Part shown: positions 51,523 to 60,630 of the stretch, one piece after another
Layout of the letters: each line of letters begins with the position of its first letter
Position numbering within the stretch: position 1 is the stretch's first letter
The notes under the pieces: generated by a model
Databases searched by the model: none
Told to the model about the DNA's origin: nothing
Seen by the model: only the letters and a program-made list of their open reading frames with translations
Position numbers and translations under genes: made by a program
Assembly: GCA_036172245.1 (NCBI GenBank)
Contig: JAYWIR010000092.1
Location: forward strand, 62,001 to 126,000
From: Raillietiella orientalis
Taxonomy: Eukaryota
Direction of reading: 5' to 3'
Length of the DNA stretch: 64,000 nucleotides

Positions 51523-54500
51523 AATCGAACGCTTTGTAGAGATCGACGGCGACAGCTAAGGCTCCCGGCGTTCCATCGTGCCTTGAACACCGCCGCTTAC
51601 CTTTGGCAGCGGCGATTTCGGCTGCCTGGCTCTGCTGCGCCACGCGCTCCAGCAACTCCAACTATGTTCGCGCGAAGAAGAGATTCGCGTCCAAGGACCG
51701 CCCCGAAACAGCATACGTCTGCTCCGGACTTACCAAGGACTCCGCGATTCTCCCCAAGCGAGCAAACCATAGCATGTAGAACAATTTGACGTCCGAATGC
51801 ACCAAGGTTATCGGACGGCAGTTGCTGAGGTGGCGCAAATCACCGCCATTCGGCAGGAGCCGCACCATTGCTGAGCGGAAAGAAGCGGGAACCTCTCCCG
51901 TCTCACACATCAGCGAGGAAAGACTTAGCACCAGGGGGACGAGCTCCGCCGCGAAGCACTAAAAGTACTCCGCGGACAGGCCATCCTCCCCAGGCGCCGT
52001 ACGCCTCTTTAGGCCCGCTATGGCGGGAGATACTTCTACCGCCGTGAAGGGCCAATCCAATCTGGCGCGTTCCCTTTCGTCGATAGCAGGGTTACCCGTC
52101 TGAAGAAGCAGCTCGGAGAGACTGCGTTCCGTGGGCTCCTTCGCGTACGAAGAAGAGTAGTAGCGCTTGACTACGCGGTGTACTCCTGCTGCAGCCGAGC
52201 ATTCCTGGCCAGCGTCATCGAGCAGACAAGCCGCTCCAGACTGCCAAACCTGGCGCTCGGCCCTCGCCTTGTACTCCGCCAAACGCTGGACGACCGGGCA
52301 TCGGGAGAAGGTACGCGCCTGCAGATAGGATCTGCTGTTCGCGACACTTTCCACGAAGCCGCGGGGAAGCAGGTGCAAGGGGAACCGTCAGGATTACTCC
52401 CGGACCGATCTTCTCAAATCGTCCCAGTTCTCGAGTTCACGGATGGCAAAGCCCCGGCGGTGTTGTCAAAGATGCTCCACCGCCTCCGAATTGCTAAGCC
52501 AGTCGGCCGCCAACCTCCAGACATCCATCGGAGGCCCTTTGCCAGGCGGGAGGAGCTCGAACTCCAGTCACCGATGATCCGAAATCGCGGACAGCAGGCG
52601 CCCTCTCCGACCTACTCGTGAGAGCAGGTGTTCATCGAGGAACGCATGGTCCGGCGAGCTCTCCATCCCGAGCTCACCAGCAAGCAAGTTTTGCACGCGA
52701 ACGGACGCGCATACCTGGCTCACCAGTTGCTTCTCCCTCAAGCGGCATCTCTCCTCTGTTAGCAGGTGGACGTTGAAGTCTCCTGCAAGGAGGTGCGCCA
52801 CGTTAGGGCCGGAGACAGCGAGCCAGCGGCTGCGCAGGCCACCCAGGAATGCAAGTCGCTGGGCGAAATGCCGGCCGCCGCTCGGCGCGTAGATATTCGT
52901 AACGACCAGGGCGATCGATTCGGACCACTTGAGGACAAGTTGGCCCACACGACCTTCCTCGTCGAAACAAACGTTCCGCACCGCCTCCGCCACCCTGCCT
53001 CGGACGAGGAACGCGACTCCGCACGTGTGCGCGGAGCCTTGCCGCCAGTGTAGCGTCCCGCCCGCGCGCTCTTCCAGATCCGATGCCTGCCGTACGGAGA
53101 TGCTGTGTATCTCCTGCAGCAGCACCAGATCGAACGCGCGCAAAGCGTTGGCAACCTTCCGCCTTTTGTCAGCATCACATAGCCCGTTGACATTCCAACA
53201 GGCCACGCTGACGCGACGAGCGGACGCGAGTCCACGCATCACTGCTGCTGAAATGACGGCGTGCTCCTCGCCGTGTCCGGCGAGAAGTCATCTGGTAAGA
53301 GAGCGGATTGGGAAGCGGAATCGCTCCCGTTCGCCGCCACATCGCACCCAGCTGAGTCCTGGGAGCCGAGGATGATCGCCTCGGTCTCCGTGCAGGAGCC
53401 GGAACCGCCTCCGGCAACAGGCTCTTGCTTCCGCAGTTAAGCCCGGCGCGCTTGCTGGTTATCCCGAGATGCGCGCACTCTTTGGTTGCAATCGGACTCC
53501 ACCTCGGATTCCGAGTGCCTGGCGCGAGACTGGCGTTTTGCCTGTCTGTTTTTCTTTCGGCAGGTGGAGGCTTGCCCTGCCCTCGCGGGGTTCGTCGCAG
53601 TCGCCAGCGGAGCGTCCGGAGCTTTGAGTTCCGCAGCCGCCCTCTCGCGCGAAGCGACGCAGACAGAGCACGCAGCCGTAGTGCTTACCTGGGTACGCAC
53701 CTTCTTCGGCGTGCTTCTCTTTTGCCTCCCACCTACCTTAAGGATGGGGAATATTGAAGGGTCAACCTTCTTCTTCTCCTTTGTGGGCGTTCTGGAGACT
53801 CGAGTCCAGCCCGCGTCGGGGACGCCCTCCTGGGAGGCCGACGCTTCCCTCAATTGTTTGGCCGGAGATGCCGGCTCACGTTTCGCGCTCGCGGCGGGAG
53901 ACGGCTCGGTCCCCGTTACGCACTGCACCTGCTCCTTAGCCGATGCGGGCGAAACGGCGGTCATTGCAGTCGTCCCGCGAGGCGCTATTGCAGCCTTCGC
54001 TGCTCGTGCCTTCGGCGAGGAAGACGTGATCTCCACCGCCGTAGGAGACTGCCGTTCAGAGGCAGCTCTGAGGGTACCCGCGCACGGTTTCCCGTGTGCT
54101 CCGCTGGACGCGCAAGCGGACGCGGACGGTTCAGCAGCCTTGATTGAGTGCGTGCCCGCACTCTTAAGCTGCTTCGAAGGGGGCGATTTGCCCCCAGGGC
54201 GACGTGGCATCTTACCCGTCTGCGCGGTTCTCTAGGATGGTGGCTTTCCTGAAGCAACCGCGGCCTTTTTCGCGGTACCGCCACTCAAAGATGCCCCGCC
54301 CTTCGCGCCCGATTTCTACCGTGGCACAACGGAAGATCTTTTCGGCGCGGACGGGGTGGATTGTTGGCGGCTTTTCGCCTGCCTCTTTCTCTTGAGCTCG
54401 GCGCACTCTTTGATGGAGTGGCCGAGCTGTTTACAATAGCGGCAGTTGCGTGAAGGGCACGTCCACGGACGGTGGCCTTCCGCACCGCAAATGCCGCAAG

Positions 54501-55260
54501 CCGGTGGCTGACCGGCAAATTTAAGGTGGACGATCGCATCGCCCACCTGCAAGTGAGGAGACATTTGCCTCCTATCCGCCATGGTGACACGCGCCATGGC
54601 AAGTCCGCTGTGGAGAGATGCAATGCTTTTGATCGGATTATCTGCTCTCCACAGCGCGTGCACCGTGGCGAATGCACTTAGTGCACCGACGAGCACGCGA
54701 TCGGGCGTGTCCACCTGGACGGCGGATAATCTTACCACGAACGACTGGTATATGGCCTACGGGACGACCTCCTTCCCGCGGATATTTAGCGGGGTGCGGA
54801 GAAGGCGCTCGACTAGGGATGCCTCTTTGCAGTGCACCTCCCAGTGTCCGAGCGCGTTAACCGGCATGATGGGCAGGAGGTCGTCCTGTCGGACCCCGAC
54901 GAGCAAAAGCTCGTCCCACAAATTTTCTCCGACCCCGTCGGAGATAGAAGCACTCAGCGGATAGCAGAGCGCAGGCTTGTAGCCATGGGCTGCATATGCC
55001 TGCAGCTCTGCTTCGTCGGGCGGTGCTCCGTTGGCTGCCGCCGCCTTGACGACGGCGGCAAAGCTTCTCGCCGGTGGCGAGACACAAGAATAAGAGGCGG
55101 ACCGGACAGCTGGAGTAGAGTCTCCACTGCCAGTAACAGCCTCCACATCCATCTTTTGCTGCAGAAGCTCCGTGGACATCCCAGTAGACGCACTGGGGCA
55201 CACCACACACAAGAACACGGAAAGGAATCACGCTCGAGGAGCAACACAGAACACGTCAGT
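51523..55260 (-). mobile_element. Family D (sister of A): 5' end, ORF1, endonuclease and start of RT; broken at KAFD
   Basis: TGACGTGTT near the 5' end; CGICGAEGHRPWTC and CRYCKQLGHSIKEC; endonuclease 53239->52568; ends PGALAVAVDLYKAFD at the C 3' junction. Confidence 0.92.
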
Positions 55261-55999
55261 GCACCGTTATCGTCGAGCGTATTCCCGACCGCTGCGGAAA
55301 AGAACTCGCCGCTGCGGACGACAACCCCTCTGTTGACTCTGTTAACAGCGAGGGGAGCGAGCCAACGGCGGCGTCCGTCATCGACACCACCATCGATGAC
55401 GTAGCCTTAGCGCGAGCCGCGGAGGAGCTGGCAGCCTCGTTGCAGCCAGAACCCTCCATGGCTGGCAAGAAGGCCGTAAGGCGTCCGGCCTACCCTCAGG
55501 GGTCCCCCACTTCCGACTCCGAGGTGAAGACCGGAAGCTCAGCCTCCGTTTCCACGGCACCGCGCAAGAAGTCTGGACGTAAGTCCACAAAGCCGAGGAA
55601 GCTCGTCTCCCCCGTCAAAGGGGAAGAGATGGCTTGCGCAAGTGAGGGTGCCATAAGCGTAGAAAACTCGCGGGACCCTTCGCCTGAGAGACTCCCACGC
55701 GCGGAAACGGAGGGGATGGAGGGTATGGAGGCCGTACAAGGGCCTCAAGTGCCTGGAAAGGCCGAAACCCCCATGGATAACCCGCCTGCCTCGCAAGAGG
55801 TGGGCTCCCCAAAACCTTAATCTTCCCAGCAGTAATGCCGGGAATCTCCTCCCTCCGTCGTCTGCGCATTGCCGGTTGGTAGGTGAACGGCATGACAGAC
55901 GACGGAAAAAGAAGAGACATGGCCGCCCTTCTCGAGTCCTACGACCTTGCGCTGCTGCAGGAGATCCACGTGATCTCTGCAGAACAAGCGCAAGAGATT
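55258..55999 (+). pseudogene. Family C fragment: ORF1 C-terminus and start of the endonuclease
   Basis: CTVIVERIP...LQPEPSMAGKKAVRRP; TAATG at 55833; LLQEIHVISAEQAQEI, cut by E. Confidence 0.88.
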
Positions 56000-58900
56000 T
56001 CTCACCCGGTCACGCCGAGGCGTTTATTCCATATAACATAAACAAAAAACAATTATACAAAATAAACCAGTTGAGAACCAAACTCCTAAACGACGACTGA
56101 GCAAGAATGAAGAGAATACTGCTGGCACGCAGGCCAGAGTAACTGTTTTGCGAACGGTGTGGGTGAGCGGGGAACACAAAGAAACCAAAATGAAATAAAA
56201 ACAATCAATAAGGAGGACGGGAAAAGGGTCTTTGTGATCGTTCTGGAAGACACGGGGATGAAAGCATGTGCACTGGAAATTTTACTGAGCGAACGGGGAC
56301 GGGGTATAATGAGCGAGAGGACGCAGGGTTCACCGGATTACGCCGTTCTCAGAGGTCTGTAAATTGACGATGTATGCCGGTGATGTCCTCTTTCACCTTG
56401 TCACGAAGATGAGCACCTTGAAGCCTCCTCCATCAATTGAGCTGCAAGCAGTTGAGCCTCTTTTTGCTGCGCCAACAACTCCAGGGCGATGCGGGCCTTC
56501 ACGATGGCGCGAACGCAACACATGGTGGCGACAATCGCGCCAAACGAAAGTCCATTTCTGCTGAAGAATCGAAGCCACACATCAATGGCACTGCCTCCTT
56601 GTGGCATGATGGCCGATGTGAGCCTTGGCCATAGTTCCCGAAAGTCACCGCAGTTTAGCAAATGGTACGGAAAAGACTCGATCTCTCCGCACCTTGAACA
56701 GTTTGGCAAAGCAGCTCCCCCGGAAACGTTGCTTCGTTGCCTTTTACAGTAAAATGCACAGTGTAAAATGAGAAACACATCTTGTTTCCTCTTTAAGGGG
56801 AACACGGAGCATTCGAAACAAACGAGGAGAACCAATACCTCTTCGGGAGGCACACATAAATGTTCGTTCCACCGAAGAAGGCCCTTCGCCCCATTCCGAG
56901 GAGTGGCGGCTTGCACCAGTTCCTTCGTCGTCCAGCTGCCGAGGAGCTTACTGACTCCCGCTATTTTCCAGGAGAACTCCCATTCCGCCGGTAGGGAAAC
57001 GTCGTTGCTTGCACTGAGGGCGAACAGCGCTGCGGCGAGTGGTGTGGCGGCCAGACGATCCGACATCTTCTAGTCATGCATTACTTCGTCCATTTGATGA
57101 CTGAGGAGAAGTCGCAGAAGACGAAGATATTTTCGGCGCGTTCCTTCGGAAGCTGCCCAAGATGAAAAGGATTTCTGCCGCCATGCATTATTGTTAATAG
57201 GGAGGCAGGAGATCCAACATTGGGCATCCAGCAGTGAGTAAAGCTACCTTAGTGGGAAGCCAAACTCTATTCTGGTGTGCCGAAAGTGGGGTAGCAACAA
57301 AAGCAGTCCGTCGCTTCCCGTGCAGCGCCTCAGTATAAGGCGTGCGGGTAAGCACCACGGCGTACACCACAGCTTGGCACAGAGCCGCAGCATGCGAAAC
57401 TGCACATGCAGTACGATGCTGTTTAAGTCGAGGATGCCCAAGCCTGCATCCTGACGCGGCGCCACCAAGTCTTTAAGTCTAACACGGGATCTTGCAGCAC
57501 CCCACAACACTTTGCGTAGAAAGCGCTGAGCCCAGACTTTGACTTCCTGTGGAAGTGGACGAACAAAAAACCGTAGCCGGAGGAGGAGGGCAACGAAAGT
57601 GTTCCAGATGCAGGCCCGTTCGGGCAAGACAAATTCGCCCCCTGAAAACGGGCCAATTGCACGCTCTGCCTTCCGAAGGCAGTCCGACCACGCTTGTGAG
57701 ATGCAGAAGTCGCCCAAGGGCACGCCAAGCTACCTGAGGTACCTGCCCGTGGGGATCCCCAGGCCCATCTAGTCGGACTTCCCCTCCCACGTCGCATTCA
57801 CCGGAACAACCATACACTTACTCCTGTTAACGCACACGCCCGCACCGCGACGAATCAACTCAAAGAAGTCTTCAAGCGATGTCGCCAGGGTGGACATGGG
57901 CAACAGGAAAAGCAGGTTGTCGGCATAGGCTGCCATGTCCGGCGTACGTTGACAGGAGCACGGCAGGTTGGATAGCGTCAGCCTGTAAGCCTCAAGCACC
58001 AATTCAAAATAGATGATGAAGAGAAGCGGGCTTAATCTTTCACCTTGTCTAATTCCTCGTCGTACCGGCACGCCTTCACGCGACAGCCACTGAAAACAAA
58101 AGATGTAATCGCGTGACGTCAGCAGAAGCGCAAGTACGCCAACAGGGTTGCCGGAAGACCCAGACGTTCCAAAAGCTCAAGAAGAAACTTTTGGTTCACG
58201 CAATCGAAAGCTTTGTGCAAATCGACTGCAGCCGCCAAGGCTCCCGGTGTCTCCCTTTGCGTCCCGCTCCTCAGTTGGTGAGAGATCGAAGGCGTCGCTT
58301 CCGCACGACGATCCACCGTCACACGATGCTGCAATTGCAGCCATGTGCGCATGAACAAGAGATTGGCGTCCATGGACCGTTCAGGAACAGCGTACGTCTG
58401 ATCCGGACTTAACAAGGATTCCGCGATCCTACCCATCCGCGCCACCCGAAGTTTCGACAACAACTTCACGTCCGAATTCACTAATGTGATCGGACGCGAG
58501 TTGTTCAGTTGGCGCAAATCTCCGCCCTTCGGCAGTAGACGCACCTTCGCTGAGCGAAACGAGGCGTGTACATCGCCCGAGTCTCGCATCAGCGACGAGA
58601 GTTGGAGCACCAGGGGGATGAGCTCCGCCGCAAAACACTGAAAGAATTCCGCGGGGAGCCCATCTTCGCCTTGCGATTTTCGTCTCTTGTGCCCCAAGAT
58701 CGCCGAGGAAATTCCCTCTGCCGTGAAGGGCTCAGCAAGATGCGCGCGTTCCTCCTCGTCTCCAACAAGTGCATCAATCGGCAGGAGCAGCCAGGAAAGG
58801 CTGCGTTCCGTTGGTGCCTCTGCATACAGAGAAGAGTAATAGCTCCTGACTATTCATCGCACGTCGGCTGGAGCCGATCATTCCCGGTACTGATCGTCGA

Positions 58901-60630
58901 GCAGAACTGTCGCCCCTGACTGCCAGACCTGGCGCTCGGCCTTGGCCTTGTACTCGGATAATCGACCAACGTCCGAGCGACTGCAAAAGGAGCGGGACTG
59001 CAGAAAATCTCTACGGTTAAGTACGCCCTCTCCGAAGCCGCGCCGAAGCTGGTGCAAGTGAAACCTTCAGCAGAACTCGCGAACCGATCTTTTCAGATCC
59101 TCCCGGTCCTCGCGCTTAATTATGGCAAAGCCAAGGAGGTACTGGCGAAGACGCTCAGACGCCTCCAAATGGCTTAGCCAGTCTGCCGGCATCCTTCAAA
59201 AACAGTTTGGAGGCCTCTTGCCTAGCGGGAGCAACTGGAACTCCAGCCTGTTGTGGTCTGAAAGCACGGACAGCACGGGACCTCTCCGACCCACTCTAGA
59301 GAGCAAGTGTTCATCAAGGTGTACGTGGCCCGGCGTTGCTGCCATAACCGGGTCGCAAGCAAACATGTTTCACGCGTGCACGGACGCGCACATCTCTTCC
59401 GCTAGCAACTTTCCCTTCTTGTGGGAGCTAATCTCGGAAAGCAGGTGGACCTTTAGGTCCCCCACAATGAGATGGGCTACAGTAGAGTGAGATCGAGTGA
59501 GCCACTGGCTTTGAACGGTACCGAAGAACTCAATCCTTCGGGCTCATCGTCCAGCACCGCTTGGCGCGTACACGTTGGTTACGACAAGGTCGATCGAGTC
59601 AGACCACTTGAGTACAAGCTGTCCCACTCGAACTTCCGTGTAGAAACGAACGCTGCGCTCCGCTCCCGCCAAGGTTCCTCGCACGAGGGAACCAACGTCG
59701 CATGTAGACGCAACGCCGCACCTATGAAGTAGCGTTCCTCCCGCGCGCCGTTCGATTTCGGCAGCCTGCTCATTGGAGATGCTGTGAATCTCCTGCAGGA
59801 GCGTCAGATCGGAGGCACGCAAAGCGTGAGCTACTAGTTGCCTTTTCTTCTCGTGTTGGAGCCCGTTGACGTACCAAGAGGTCACGGCAACACGACGAGA
59901 AGACGCAATTACCCTCATCACGGCTGGGAAAGCGAGGCCGTGGTGCTCGCCTCACGCAGCGAGCGGGCAGTAAGCAACACGACAGGCTGGAGGGCGCGGT
60001 CGCCAACGGCCTCATCTGTGCTGCACGTAATCGAGTGCTCCTCCCCGGGTGCAGAACCTGTGGGTTCCGGGGTGAGCACTCGCCGTTCCGCGGCGAGTGT
60101 GTCACGCCTCAGGGCTTCATTCCAGCGGGCGCTCCCTCTCGCCCGAGTAACGCATCGTTCAACATCGCTATCGGGCTCCTTTGCTGAGTCTGAAGCTCGC
60201 ACGATCGATTTGCGCTTCCATCCGTCCGATCGAACCGTAATGGTCTTTTCAAAGGTGACAGAAGCGGACTTGCACGCGTTGAAGGCGCTGGATTTTCCCG
60301 GGGAAGAGGCTCAATTCGCGCGTGTTTTCATATTCGCGCCTCTGCTTTTTCCATTGGAAGAGCTCAGGGATGGATGTTGCGTAGCTTTTTTTGGAGATTT
60401 TTGTTTCCTCCTCTCCACAACCTTTTATTCGCCTTCGCGATTTCCGGATTCTTCCGCAACAGCAGTAGCGAAAAACTCCGGGATTTTCGCTGCGTTCTTT
60501 GGGGGCGTTGCTTTCGCTACGCCTTTAAAAGGCGGCAACGAACTCACCTTCTTGACAGTCGAGAGATTGCTCCTCTCCTGACGAGTCGGTGAACCTGCTC
60601 CGCGGCTCAAAGTATTGTGCGCTTGACAAC
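56000..60630 (-). mobile_element. Family E element: ORF1 tail, ORF2 (59918 to about 56290) and 3' UTR; pseudogenised
   Basis: LLQEIH, VTNVYAP, VDLHKAFD, GIRQGERLSP, AYADNL, CSRCGEIESFPYHLLNC; ends AATAAACGCCTCGGCGTGACCGGGTGAGAA. Confidence 0.93.

Noticed and set aside
28326..51537. LTR retrotransposon reading (direct repeats flank C; gag-like knuckles)
   Set aside because: The repeats are diverged 3' UTR copies without TG...CA ends, PBS or PPT. No protease, RNase H or integrase is present, and the APE plus YADD RT layout is non-LTR.
3595..56028. CRISPR array or histone stem-loop explanation for the recurrent hairpins
   Set aside because: Copies are kilobases apart at element termini, the context is eukaryotic, and the sequence does not match the histone stem-loop consensus.
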